A stretch of DNA of 61,327 bases from an uncultured Gammaproteobacteria bacterium (GCA_964399675.1 CAYNRK010000002.1:112982-174308); one strand, 5' to 3'. Counted from the first letter of the stretch, positions 46,376 through 56,256 are shown. Translations and numbers: made by a program. Notes: generated from the letters alone by a model not told the origin.

Positions 46376-46468
46376 AAAAATACTTTGAAAAAAGTTCACG
46401 ATCGTGAAATATTTTCAAAGTATTCTTCTAAAGCAAAACAAACCTACCCGGCTTGTTTTGCTATTGTT
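46376..46468. repeat. Module: CGATCG palindrome plus AGCAAAACAA hairpin (copy 2), overlapping the YbaK-like stop
   Basis: AATACTTTGAAAAAAGTTCA-CGATCG-TGAAATATTTTCAAAGTATT, then AGCAAAACAAACC-TACCC-GGCTTGTTTTGCT. Confidence 0.85.
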
Positions 46469-46914
46469 GCAACTATTGGTTTTTCGATTTCTAGATAGTC
46501 CTTATAAAGCATGCTAACTGAATCTGTGAGCGAGCCTGCGTTGAAATGAATTGTTTCGTTTTCTTTTAAGTGCGTGTCAACATATGTCTGGAGTCCGATC
46601 ACTGACCCAAACGGCGGAACCGCTCCTGGTACGCATCCTGTCACCTCTTCAACATTTTTTGCAAAGCTAACTCGCTCGCCAATTACTTGCTTAACTGCTG
46701 AGCCTTGCAACTTCATATTAGCTGGCATAACAAACAAAAAGTGATTCCGAGTTTTTTCACCTCGAACCACAATTGCTTTTGCACCTTCTTTCAAATCAAC
46801 ACCCCGAACCCTCGCAGCAATCTCCGAAGTCCGAGTCGGCTCATGGTGTTGTGTTTCGTATTCACAACCGTTCTCATCGAGTAATGCGATTATTTTTTTG
46901 TAAGTGTTAGTCAT
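46444..46914 (-). CDS. YbaK/ProX-family aminoacyl-tRNA deacylase (YeaK/ProXp-y-like)
   Basis: GAKAIVV (Lys), GCVPGAVPPFG (GxxxP), FNAG. Confidence 0.85.
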   Translation of the reverse strand: MTNTYKKIIALLDENGCEYETQHHEPTRTSEIAARVRGVDLKEGAKAIVVRGEKTRNHFLFVMPANMKLQGSAVKQVIGERVSFAKNVEEVTGCVPGAVPPFGSVIGLQTYVDTHLKENETIHFNAGSLTDSVSMLYKDYLEIEKPIVATIAKQAG

Positions 46915-47300
46915 TTTTGTTGTTCAAATCCACTGCGACACATCCGCTCTGCACAAGGCCAGAGAAATTTAATTGATGAAAGTTCGTCCTCAGAAACCCA
47001 GCGAGCCTGCGAATGCTCGTCACTTAACGCAACCTCTTGAATATCCGCATCTATAAGATAAGCAATCCCACACATCGGATTTGAATTTTTTTTAACATAC
47101 CAAACATCTGCATCAACAAGCTTGATGATTTCAAACTTATCAAGATTTATTTCTTCTTTTAGTTCTCTTTTGAAAGCTTCTCGCGGATCTTCACCCTTAT
47201 CAATACGCCCGCCAGGAATAACATAGGTACCAGGATTGGCTGCATCTTCAAGAACTAAACACTCACCGTCTCTGATAATGATAGCAACCTGACTTACCAT
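46911..47300 (-). CDS. NUDIX hydrolase
   Basis: PGGRIDKGEDPREAFKRELKEE; the track's N-terminal extension is repeat-derived, so the true start is near 47300-47330. Confidence 0.85.
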   Translation of the reverse strand: MVSQVAIIIRDGECLVLEDAANPGTYVIPGGRIDKGEDPREAFKRELKEEINLDKFEIIKLVDADVWYVKKNSNPMCGIAYLIDADIQEVALSDEHSQARWVSEDELSSIKFLWPCAERMCRSGFEQQK

Positions 47301-47461
47301 GAATTTTTCGAAGTTGTCTGTTATATTCAAATCATTATAATATTTCACAATCCTCCAACGAACCCCCAGTATCTCCACAACAGGTACGTTGTATATAATT
47401 TCGCCAGCACGGAGCCACGCGAGTACTGCCGAAATTATATACAACGTGACTGTCCCCCAAA

Positions 47462-47580
47462 AATTCTTAACGGAGATTGCTTCGCTTCGCTCGCAATGAC
47501 ACAGGATGCAGGACACAAGGGAATTCTTAACGGAGATTGCTTCGTCGGCCGTCGGACGGCCTCCTCGCAATGACACAGGA
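47462..47580. repeat. Two tandem family B units downstream of dnaK
   Basis: AATTCTTAACGGAGATTGCTTCG...TCGCAATGACACAGGA twice, with different inner hairpins. Confidence 0.85.
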
Positions 47581-47606
47581 GGATGGGCGAGCAAAGACGC
47601 GGTGTG

Positions 47607-49517
47607 CTATTCTTCCTTCTTTTCCTCAAACTCAGCATCAATTGGTTCATCTGTTTTCTCTGCATTTTGCTTATTGGTCGAATTGGTCGTATCGGACCCA
47701 TCAGAACTTTCGGCTTGTTCAGCCTGATACATCTTTGCCCCAACCTTTTGAGCAGCCTCAGTCAACTCATCAGCCGCTTTCTTAATAGCCTCGTGATCAT
47801 CATTGTCTTTAATCTTCTTAAGCGCCTCAACTTTTTCCTCAACCTCTTTTCGCTCCTCATCAGTAATTTTATCCCCGGCATCCTTTAACATTTTCTCAGA
47901 TGTGTAAATCATTGTGTCGGCCAGATTCTGGTGTTCAACTCGCTCTTTGTGCTTTTTATCTTCATCAGCATGTTGCTCAGCATCTTTTTTCATTTTATCA
48001 ACTTCCTCATCAGACAACCCTGCAGAACCTTGAATTGTAATTTTTTGACTTTTTCCAGAAGCCTTATCTGTTGCTGACACATTTAAAATTCCATTTGCAT
48101 CAATATCAAACTTAACCTCAACCTGCGGAACTCCGCGTGGTGCCATTGGCAAACCTGACAAAATAAAACGTCCAAGAGTCTTGTTACCTTCTGACATTTC
48201 TCGTTCGCCTTGTAACACATGGATTTCAACTGTTGTTTGATTATCAGCCGCTGTTGAAAAGATCTGTGACTTTGATGTAGGAACGGTTGTGTTTCTCTCA
48301 ATCAAACTTGTCATGACTCCACCCAATGTTTCAATTCCAAGTGAAAGCGGTGTGACATCCAAAAGCAAAACGTCTTTAACTTCACCTTGCAAAACACCTG
48401 CTTGAACAGCAGCTCCCATTGCAACAACCTCATCAGGATTCACTCCAACGTGCGGCTTTTTGCCAAAAAACTCTTCAACTATTTTTTGAACAAGCGGCAT
48501 GCGTGTCATTCCTCCAACCATTATAATTTCTTCAATATCACCTTTTTCAAAGCTGGCATCAGAAAGTGCTTTTTTAACAGGCTCAAGAGTTTTCTTAATG
48601 AGCTCACCACACAACTCCTCAAGCTTTGCTCGTGTAACTGTTAACACAAGGTGCTTTGGACCGTTTTCATCAGAAGTAATATAAGGTTGGTTGATTTCTG
48701 TTTTCTGTGCAGTTGAAAGCTCGATCTTTGCACGTTCAGCTGCGTCTTTGATTCTCTGCAAAGTCAAAGGATCTTTTGAAAGATCAATTCCCTCTTGTTT
48801 TTTAAACTCTTCCAAAATCCAATCAATAATCACGCGATCAAAGTCATCTCCGCCCAAATGCGTATCTCCGTTTGTTGACTTCACCTCAACTGTGTCTTCT
48901 GAAACATCAAGCACTGAAACATCAAAAGTTCCACCGCCCAAATCGTACACAACAATCTGCTGCCCCTTCTTTTTATCAAAACCATAAGCCAAAGCCGCAG
49001 CAGTTGGCTCATTGATGATTCGTTTTACTTTAAGCCCGGCAATTTCCCCTGCAACTTTTGTTGCAGCACGCTGAGCATCATCAAAGTACGCAGGAACTGT
49101 AATCACAGCATCTTCGATCTTTTCACCAAGACGCTCTTCTGCATCTGCTTTTAATTTCTGAAGAATCATTGCTGAAACTTCTTCTGGTGTGTGATCCTTA
49201 CCAGACATTGTCACGCTCATGCCATCACCCCGCTTTTTCATTTCATAAGGCATGACCTTTGTGTCGTGTTGCACTTCAGGATCTTCCCAACGTCGACCAA
49301 TAAGACGTTTAATGGAAAACAATGTGTTGTGCGGATTTGTAACAGCTTGGCGTTTTGCAGCAAGACCAACAATACGCTCATTATTTTTCGAAACTGCTAC
49401 GATTGATGGTGTTGTGCGATTTCCCTCCTTATTTTCCAAAACCTTTGGCTGACCACCTTCGATAATTGCCATGCATGAGTTGGTAGTACCAAGGTCGATT
49501 CCGAGAATTTTTGACAT
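47607..49517 (-). CDS. dnaK: Chaperone DnaK (Hsp70)
   Basis: [36 protein letters not shown]. Confidence 0.99.
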   Translation of the reverse strand: MSKILGIDLGTTNSCMAIIEGGQPKVLENKEGNRTTPSIVAVSKNNERIVGLAAKRQAVTNPHNTLFSIKRLIGRRWEDPEVQHDTKVMPYEMKKRGDGMSVTMSGKDHTPEEVSAMILQKLKADAEERLGEKIEDAVITVPAYFDDAQRAATKVAGEIAGLKVKRIINEPTAAALAYGFDKKKGQQIVVYDLGGGTFDVSVLDVSEDTVEVKSTNGDTHLGGDDFDRVIIDWILEEFKKQEGIDLSKDPLTLQRIKDAAERAKIELSTAQKTEINQPYITSDENGPKHLVLTVTRAKLEELCGELIKKTLEPVKKALSDASFEKGDIEEIIMVGGMTRMPLVQKIVEEFFGKKPHVGVNPDEVVAMGAAVQAGVLQGEVKDVLLLDVTPLSLGIETLGGVMTSLIERNTTVPTSKSQIFSTAADNQTTVEIHVLQGEREMSEGNKTLGRFILSGLPMAPRGVPQVEVKFDIDANGILNVSATDKASGKSQKITIQGSAGLSDEEVDKMKKDAEQHADEDKKHKERVEHQNLADTMIYTSEKMLKDAGDKITDEERKEVEEKVEALKKIKDNDDHEAIKKAADELTEAAQKVGAKMYQAEQAESSDGSDTTNSTNKQNAEKTDEPIDAEFEEKKEE

Positions 49518-49555
49518 AGTGGTATCATGTCATCCTAACTTTGTAGCTTTTTTAA

Positions 49556-49664
49556 TGTCATCTCGACTAAGGCCGAAGGCCGCACGGAGAGATCTCGAAT
49601 TTTGTTTAAGTAATTCGAGATCCCTCGGCTTCGACCCGTCGAACGGGTCTTCGCTCGGGATGAC
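49556..49664. repeat. Family B element between grpE and dnaK
   Basis: TGTCATCTCGAC...GAGATCTCGAA...TTCGAGATCCCTCGGCTTCG...CGCTCGGGATGACA. Confidence 0.8.
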
Positions 49665-49703
49665 AAGAAAAACGATTAACTCAGTTAGGGTGACAGTTTA
49701 TAA

Positions 49704-50183
49704 TTATTTTTTTGTTATGTTGTTAACTGTCACGTTTGCTGGACGGATAATTTTTTCTCCTAATACCCATCCACGTTTATTTACTTTTAAAATTATTTGA
49801 TCTTCTTTTGTTTTATCTGTCTCCTCTGAGTTGGCCTCATGTTTGTTTGGATCAAAGACCTCTCCCTCTTGTCCAAACGTTGTTACACCAATTCCTTTCA
49901 GCACATCCTCTATTTGCGTTCTAATGTGCATAATCCCTTGCAACCAATTTTTCATCTCATTGCTTAAACCTTTTGGTTGAAATTTGAGAGCTTGATCAAA
50001 ATTGTCCAAAACCGGAATAATCTGCTGGACCAAGTCTTCACGCTCGTGTTTTCTCATCTGATCCTTTTCTCGAACCAAATCTTTTTTCAAGTTGTCATAG
50101 TCAGCAAGTGCACGTTTCCAACCTGTAAGCGCCTCTTCTAATTGATCCTTTATTTTTTTCTTTGGTTTCTTTTTATCTGTCAT
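49704..50183 (-). CDS. grpE: Nucleotide exchange factor GrpE
   Basis: RALADYDNL, IPVLDNF, FDPNKHEA, RPANV. Confidence 0.95.
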   Translation of the reverse strand: MTDKKKPKKKIKDQLEEALTGWKRALADYDNLKKDLVREKDQMRKHEREDLVQQIIPVLDNFDQALKFQPKGLSNEMKNWLQGIMHIRTQIEDVLKGIGVTTFGQEGEVFDPNKHEANSEETDKTKEDQIILKVNKRGWVLGEKIIRPANVTVNNITKK

Positions 50184-50877
50184 ACATTGAATCGATCACG
50201 TATTTTGCTCGATTAAGAAGCGCTAAGTTTTTTGAATAATTCATTCTAAGTGGTCCAACTAATCCAAGCAATCCTCTTTGCTCTGGCGCAACTTTGTAGC
50301 GCACAAGCATTGCGCTCATTCCGTTTCCAAATGGATTCTTTGAACCAATAAGGATTACTGGCTCATCTGGTACAACTCCAAATAAAGAAAAGATAACTTC
50401 ATCAAATCGATCAACAATTTCTGAAAGAGTTTCAACAAGTTCTAAAGTTTGGAAATCCGGTTTGGAAAATAAATTTGAAACGCCAGTATAATAACTCCAT
50501 TCCGGTTCTGATGCAACGATTGCAGTCTCGCCTGAGACTTCAACAAGTTGGCGAGCAAGTTGTTTTAATGTTTGTTGAACTTCATTTTTGTTTTTTGCAG
50601 CATCTTTAAAAGGCTGACCTTTTACTTGCACCTGTTCTTTTGAAACAACATTTTTCAAATAATACTGATATGCTTTTTCAGTTGGAATCCGACCGGCTGA
50701 TGTGTGAGGTTGACGAAGATAGTCTTCATGCTCAAGCGACACCATGTCATTGCGAATAGTCGCGGGTGAAACATTGAGTTGAAAATTGTCGCACAAAAAC
50801 TTTGATCCAACAGGTTCTGCTGACTGAATATATTCCTCAACTATTAATTTTAGAATTATTTCTTGTCGCGGATTCAT
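50173..50877 (-). CDS. hrcA: Heat-inducible repressor HrcA (short form)
   Basis: EPVGSK, SPATIRNDM, QPHTSAGRIPT, GLVGPLRMNY. Confidence 0.93.
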   Translation of the reverse strand: MNPRQEIILKLIVEEYIQSAEPVGSKFLCDNFQLNVSPATIRNDMVSLEHEDYLRQPHTSAGRIPTEKAYQYYLKNVVSKEQVQVKGQPFKDAAKNKNEVQQTLKQLARQLVEVSGETAIVASEPEWSYYTGVSNLFSKPDFQTLELVETLSEIVDRFDEVIFSLFGVVPDEPVILIGSKNPFGNGMSAMLVRYKVAPEQRGLLGLVGPLRMNYSKNLALLNRAKYVIDSMYDR

Positions 50878-50885
50878 AAATAAAA

Positions 50886-50925
50886 TTAGCACTCTCTATT
50901 ATAGAGTGCTAATTTTTTCTGTCAA
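50886..50925 (-). promoter_or_regulatory. CIRCE operator overlapping a consensus TTGACA-N16-TATAAT promoter
   Basis: TTAGCACTC-N9-GAGTGCTAA at 50886-50912, a perfect match. Confidence 0.95.
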
Positions 50926-50928
50926 GGA

Positions 50929-52680
50929 TTATCCTGCTAATCTAATTGCCTCGTCTCTTGCAGCTTTTTGATCTTGTGCTTCCTGAGCCTGTTGCTGTTT
51001 TTTCGCTGATGCAATTTCTGCTTCAATACCCCTCATTCGTCTAAGCTCAACTTCTTCATTACGTTTTGCAAGCGCGCCTTTTCTTAATTGCTCACGAACC
51101 CTCTTGTTTGCATCTGTTTCCTTCATTGTTGCACGTTGGAATGATTCACCTGAAAGTTGTCGTGTCAACGTAACTTCTCCATCACTTATGTCAGCCACTC
51201 CAAGTTTTGCAATCTCTCCGTTTTGTGCTGGCATTGAAATTGTGTCTTCAAGACGAACAAGCGACCCTTGTTGCCAAAGCTCTAAAATAAATCGATCTAC
51301 TCTTTGATAAGCTCGTCCTGCAGGGCTTTCCATTAAATATTCTCCTGTTGGCTCATTAAATTCTGCAACCTTCCAATCTTGTGGAAATGGTTGTGGTGGA
51401 CTTTGTTTTAAATCCATTACAGCAACCATATCACCCACACCAAATCTTGGAGGAACTTCTTTGGCAATCTGTCTGCTCTCAACATAAGCAACAGAATATT
51501 CAAGATGAGCACGCTTATGTTCTTTTGTCTTAAGCATTAGTTGAAGAGCAATGCGTTCTTTATTTGGAATATCCGGTTTTTCCAAACTCGCGCTTAACGC
51601 ACTAATCTCTTGTTCAAGCACTGTTATCTGATTCTGCCATGCATCAACATCGTTTGGAGTGAATCCCTCTCGAACCTCTCCGACCTCTTCTCCCTCTCCA
51701 ACCTCTTCTTTCAAATAACTTCTATCCGGACCTCTTTCTCCTATTGTACGAACAGCGGCTGCAATATCATCTGGCTTTGAAAGTGGATGATTCTCATCAG
51801 CAGCTCGTGCGTCTGCTGCATTTTGCAAAACCCTTTCAGCCCCACGATCATCGCGCGATTGATCAAGTTTTCCTTTAATTTCGTCATTAGAAAACTGATC
51901 TGAAACCCCGTCTGACACAATAAGAATCCTGTCGCCCGGCAGAACATCAACAGCTTGCACACTCACTTCTAAATCAGATTGCCCACCAATACTTTTAACA
52001 ATAGCGTGCTTTGACTGCGGCATATTTCTTTCAATGCTTGCCGCTGCAGCTTCCCTATCCTGACCTTCTGCCACCCGTTTATCCAGTAAAAAATTAAAAA
52101 GGTTGTCGTCTTTTGTGAGCTGAAATAGTTCTCGACCTCGTTTAACATAAATCCTACTGTCTCCAGCGTTTGAAAAAAACAATCTCTGCACTCCATTTGG
52201 CATTTCAACCAACTTAGTCACAGACGCTGTTGTGGCTGAAGATTTCATTTCCGGATTTGATGCAGCTTCTGTGTGAATTTTTGTGTTTACTTCAAGCAAC
52301 GTTGCTTCAATTCGATCTCTTACAAGTGTATCTACTTTTGCCATTTGCTGATCTTGATCCAACCCATCAACTGACAATTCATTTTCTATTCCTTGATCCA
52401 AAGCTTCTCCCAAATTTTCCTGAACAGCTGTAGCTAACTCTCGTGCTGCAAACCAACCTGCTGCCATTGACACCCCGTCCCCAACCAAAAGCAGACCCTT
52501 TTCCGGGTCATTTAATTTCACATCTTCACACATTTCTTTTCGTCCACTCCGGTCTTTATTCAAACCAGTAATTGTTGGCTCACCAACATTAACAAACTCG
52601 GTTTCTTTTTGTCGCTGAGCTTCTCTTGCAATTTCTATGGCAGAAATTTGAGGGTCTGTGTCTGCTGTGCCTAAATCCAT
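50929..52680 (-). CDS. PP2C-family protein phosphatase with coiled-coil C-terminal extension
   Basis: ED, VGDGVS, NAGDSRIY, LTKDD, VSDGVSD, DDI motifs. Confidence 0.85.
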   Translation of the reverse strand: MDLGTADTDPQISAIEIAREAQRQKETEFVNVGEPTITGLNKDRSGRKEMCEDVKLNDPEKGLLLVGDGVSMAAGWFAARELATAVQENLGEALDQGIENELSVDGLDQDQQMAKVDTLVRDRIEATLLEVNTKIHTEAASNPEMKSSATTASVTKLVEMPNGVQRLFFSNAGDSRIYVKRGRELFQLTKDDNLFNFLLDKRVAEGQDREAAAASIERNMPQSKHAIVKSIGGQSDLEVSVQAVDVLPGDRILIVSDGVSDQFSNDEIKGKLDQSRDDRGAERVLQNAADARAADENHPLSKPDDIAAAVRTIGERGPDRSYLKEEVGEGEEVGEVREGFTPNDVDAWQNQITVLEQEISALSASLEKPDIPNKERIALQLMLKTKEHKRAHLEYSVAYVESRQIAKEVPPRFGVGDMVAVMDLKQSPPQPFPQDWKVAEFNEPTGEYLMESPAGRAYQRVDRFILELWQQGSLVRLEDTISMPAQNGEIAKLGVADISDGEVTLTRQLSGESFQRATMKETDANKRVREQLRKGALAKRNEEVELRRMRGIEAEIASAKKQQQAQEAQDQKAARDEAIRLAG

Positions 52681-52720
52681 ATATAAAAGTTTATCATATT
52701 TTACCTAAAAGAAAACACCG

Positions 52721-53143
52721 TCACTGGGACGGCAGAAGTAGCGGGGTTGGAGATTCCTGCAAAGGGCTAGCCTGAGGAATTTTTCTCCAGTTTGTTCTGA
52801 TCATGAGGTACACGCCGTCGTTGCTCAGAAATGGAAGTGGCGAAGTTGGTATATAAGACACGAACGCTCCGCAGTGGAGCCGAACATGTCCATTGTCTCT
52901 GGATGTCTGCACAACATCAGAGATATACCGTCTGCCTTTCACAACAACTATGACAAGTGCGATCCCGAGGGATTCTGCTTGCACGGTTGTTTCCAAGGTC
53001 AGAACATCTTTGAGTCCTTCATCAGCGCCCAAAGACATTGTTGTGAATCCAAGATGTTGCTCCACTCTTCTGAGCAAAGCACTGTTCCAGTTCGGCCGGC
53101 CATCAAGCCGGCAGACAACGGATGTGTCGTCTGTTTGGCTCAT
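52721..53143 (-). CDS. Hypothetical protein (GC-rich)
   Basis: GGGAGG RBS before ATG 53143; promoter TTGACA-N17-TAGGGT at 53169-53197. Confidence 0.65.
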   Translation of the reverse strand: MSQTDDTSVVCRLDGRPNWNSALLRRVEQHLGFTTMSLGADEGLKDVLTLETTVQAESLGIALVIVVVKGRRYISDVVQTSRDNGHVRLHCGAFVSYIPTSPLPFLSNDGVYLMIRTNWRKIPQASPLQESPTPLLLPSQ

Positions 53144-53199
53144 GTTGACCTCCCGATCCCAACAAACCACCCTAGTCCAGAGACCCCTTTTTGTCAAGT

Positions 53200-54870
53200 C
53201 TATTCTGCTTCTCTTGCGATTTTTTTATTGAATAAGCCCCAGGATTTTTTGCTTGTTTTTTTATTTTTAAGTATTTCGGAAAATTTCATACTACTCAACA
53301 TGCTTGGCACAATTACGTAAGTTGCGCCTAATTTATAACATTGTTCAGCCTCTGCTCTTGTGTGAACTGAAACAATTGAAACACCCGTGTACTTTCTTGA
53401 ACGAAGAAAGCTCAAAATGGCCGAACTGATCATAACATCAGGAATTGTTGAAACAACAAGACGGGCTTTGTGAGCCTTTACATCTTCCAAGAAATTCTCA
53501 TCCCCAGCATCTCCATAAACACCAATCTCGCCCATTTCAGCAAGCTCCTTGATAACTTGCGGATCAAAATCAACAATTGTATAAGGTTGTTTTAATTTTT
53601 TGATTGGATCCAAAAGAACTGAACCGGCTCTATGGAATCCAAATAAAATAATTTTCGATGGTTTTCTTTTTTTCAAACGTTCAGCCTCAAGCATATGAGG
53701 TGGTTCAAGCCATTTAAACAATGGATGAAGTCTTTCATAAAACCATTCGTTGTGCTGGATAAGAAAAGAGCTGCCGGCAATAGTTACGATTCCAACTGTT
53801 GTAGCCAGCGCCAAAACTTGTGCGTCCAAATGCCCGGCTGCCATTCCGGCGATAATAACAATAAATGAAAATTCTGAAATTTGAGCAACTGTTGTTCCAG
53901 CCAAAAATCCTGTTCGAGGGTGATAACCAAGTGATCGCATGATTAACATTACAATCATTGGGTTTCCAATCAAAATAAAAAGTGAGAAAACTATTGTTGG
54001 AACAATTGTTGCAGTGATTGCATCAAAACCAAGCCTGGTTCCTAAAACAATAAAAAATATTATCAAAAAGAAATCTCGAAGCGGACGAATGCGCGAGTTA
54101 ATTTCTTTTTCAAAAACACTTCCCGAAAGTGTGATTCCTGCAATAAGCGCACCCAGCTCAACACCAAATCCAAACATGTACAAAGTTCCTGCAATCAAAA
54201 AGCACCAAGCAATTGAGAAGATAAATAAAAGTTCTTGAGACTTGGCAACATACTTTAAAACCTTTGGCAAAACCTTTGTTGCAACAAACCACAAAACCGG
54301 AACAATGAAAAATGCTTTAAGAAGTGAGCTGACAAACACTTGTTCCGGAGCTGCGCCTGATTGAACTGCATTTAATCCTAACAGAACAATCATTGCCACA
54401 AAGTCCTGAACCAACAAAAATCCAATACTAATACGACCATACAAACTATCAAGATCGTCTTTGTCCATTAAAAGTTTGACAATAATGATTGTGCTTGAAA
54501 GAGCAAAAGCAATTGCCAGATAAATACTGGTTAAAAGCTCAAACCCTAAAGCGCTGGCAATAATAAAACCTGCAATTGATGTAAATAAAACTTGACCTAT
54601 TCCTGTTGCAAGTGAAATTCCTCCAACGTCTTTTACACTTCGCCAGTTAAGCCCAAGACCTACAGTGAATAACAAAAACGCAACACCAATCTCTGACATG
54701 ACTTCAAAAATTTCCGGATTTTGAGCAAGTGCAAAAACACTTGGGCCAGCAATAATTCCTGTAAGAATGTAAGCAATGATCAATGGTTGTCGAAAACGAA
54801 AAACAGCCATGGAGAATGCCGCGGCAATAACTAGAATAATTCCAATTTCAAAAAAAAGTCCCTCCAACAT
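53200..54870 (-). CDS. CPA2 cation:proton antiporter with RCK/TrkA-N domain (KefB/C-like)
   Basis: IGVAFLLFTVGL, LSSTIIIVKLL, AQISEFS, VYGDA; start MLEGLF after TGCTATAAT. Confidence 0.9.
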   Translation of the reverse strand: MLEGLFFEIGIILVIAAAFSMAVFRFRQPLIIAYILTGIIAGPSVFALAQNPEIFEVMSEIGVAFLLFTVGLGLNWRSVKDVGGISLATGIGQVLFTSIAGFIIASALGFELLTSIYLAIAFALSSTIIIVKLLMDKDDLDSLYGRISIGFLLVQDFVAMIVLLGLNAVQSGAAPEQVFVSSLLKAFFIVPVLWFVATKVLPKVLKYVAKSQELLFIFSIAWCFLIAGTLYMFGFGVELGALIAGITLSGSVFEKEINSRIRPLRDFFLIIFFIVLGTRLGFDAITATIVPTIVFSLFILIGNPMIVMLIMRSLGYHPRTGFLAGTTVAQISEFSFIVIIAGMAAGHLDAQVLALATTVGIVTIAGSSFLIQHNEWFYERLHPLFKWLEPPHMLEAERLKKRKPSKIILFGFHRAGSVLLDPIKKLKQPYTIVDFDPQVIKELAEMGEIGVYGDAGDENFLEDVKAHKARLVVSTIPDVMISSAILSFLRSRKYTGVSIVSVHTRAEAEQCYKLGATYVIVPSMLSSMKFSEILKNKKTSKKSWGLFNKKIAREAE

Positions 54871-55015
54871 GATGAGACCATTATAGCAGAATAATCGAGT
54901 AGAAAAAAATCTCTTAAACAATATTGCCAATTAAAAAATAAGCCGTCGTGTTTTTAGCTTTTTGTCAATGAAAAAACAACGATCACTAAAAGTGTTTGTT
55001 GTTTTATTTGCATTA

Positions 55016-56161
55016 TTATCCAATTTTTTCTACCTGTTCTGCAATTAGCTTATTAAACAATTCAACGCGTGCTTTTGCAAAAGGACTACCATCTTGCTTG
55101 GTAATCATTGCGCGTGAAAGCATATCAAAAATTCTTGTGAGTCGAAAATTCTTGACTTGTTGTGGATCGCCTTTTGTTACTTTTTGAACAATCTCATCTT
55201 CATCAAACCGAACCTCACCATTAAGCCACATATCTTTTACATTTTTTGCAATTGCTACATATTGATCAGGAAGTGTTTGTTCTACATGTTGAAGAAAAGC
55301 CGCTTTGTTTAAAATTTCCGACCAGTCATGGTATTGAGTTGAAATACGAAGACCCTCAATATCTATTAAAGAAAGCTCAAATTCACCTTCTTCTTTTTTT
55401 TGAACAAAAATATTATCACCATGAGCATCACCATGAACAAAAACCGGTTTTTCATCTGCTAAATCAGCGCGAGCGGCTCTAAACAATTCCGTTAATCTGT
55501 CTGCCATTGCATCATTAAAATAACCACTTCCCTTCAAAGTACTAACAAAGTATTGGCCATCACGAGAAATATTTTCTGCATCACAAACTCCTAACCCGCT
55601 TTCAGATAAAACCTGATCAGTCACATCAAGTTTTTGCAATCCTTCAATCACCCTTCCAATAATTTCAACTTTCTGTTCACTTGTAAGTGCTGCTTTAGCT
55701 TCTGGATCATCTTCAAGATACTCGGTTGCGAAACCTGTCATTTCACCATCTTCAAATAATTCACCAACCTGACGCACAATGTGAATATCAAGCGGAGAAT
55801 CAAGTTTGCTCTCAGCTGCTTCCAATACTTTTAAGTTGCGTGATTCATCCACCAAGCGATCAGAATTTGCTGTTTCCCCAACTTTGAACACAACTTCACT
55901 TCCAGCAAGTTCTCCTTTTTGAATAAAAAAACGTTCATATTTACTCTCATCAAACTGCTTATAAGCTGCGGTATTAGTATCAATTGAACCATCAACATGT
56001 TCAATCAATGTCTTGGATCTGGCAATGCTGCGTTCTTGTAATGACTCTGGTTCAGGCTCTTCATCTTTTTCTGCAGCCTCAACACAAAGATTACAAGGCG
56101 GACGATTCCCATGTGTGCAATAACCTGATTCCTCAAGTTTTCTACGTTCATCTTTTGTCAT
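55016..56161 (-). CDS. APH-like phosphotransferase with N-terminal CTHGN..CNLC Zn-like motif
   Basis: VVFK, FVHGDAHGDNIF, LIDIE. Confidence 0.8.
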   Translation of the reverse strand: MTKDERRKLEESGYCTHGNRPPCNLCVEAAEKDEEPEPESLQERSIARSKTLIEHVDGSIDTNTAAYKQFDESKYERFFIQKGELAGSEVVFKVGETANSDRLVDESRNLKVLEAAESKLDSPLDIHIVRQVGELFEDGEMTGFATEYLEDDPEAKAALTSEQKVEIIGRVIEGLQKLDVTDQVLSESGLGVCDAENISRDGQYFVSTLKGSGYFNDAMADRLTELFRAARADLADEKPVFVHGDAHGDNIFVQKKEEGEFELSLIDIEGLRISTQYHDWSEILNKAAFLQHVEQTLPDQYVAIAKNVKDMWLNGEVRFDEDEIVQKVTKGDPQQVKNFRLTRIFDMLSRAMITKQDGSPFAKARVELFNKLIAEQVEKIG

Positions 56162-56256
56162 AATATAATCTTAATTAATCGAAAAAATACCACAATTAAA
56201 GATTTGAGTAAAGAAAAAATCCGTCCATCTTTAAGAGTAACTAAAAATGAACCGTG

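Noticed and set aside
22684-46468. Cyanobacterial HIP1 (GCGATCGC)
   Set aside because: Cores are flanked by A/T rather than G/C and sit in long palindromic arms at few intergenic sites.
47301-47594. N-terminal extension of the NUDIX ORF (CHCERSEAIS..., SLRGGRPTADEAIS)
   Set aside because: Translation of two family B repeats, not a protein domain. The same applies to 6773-6871 upstream of the 5198 gene.
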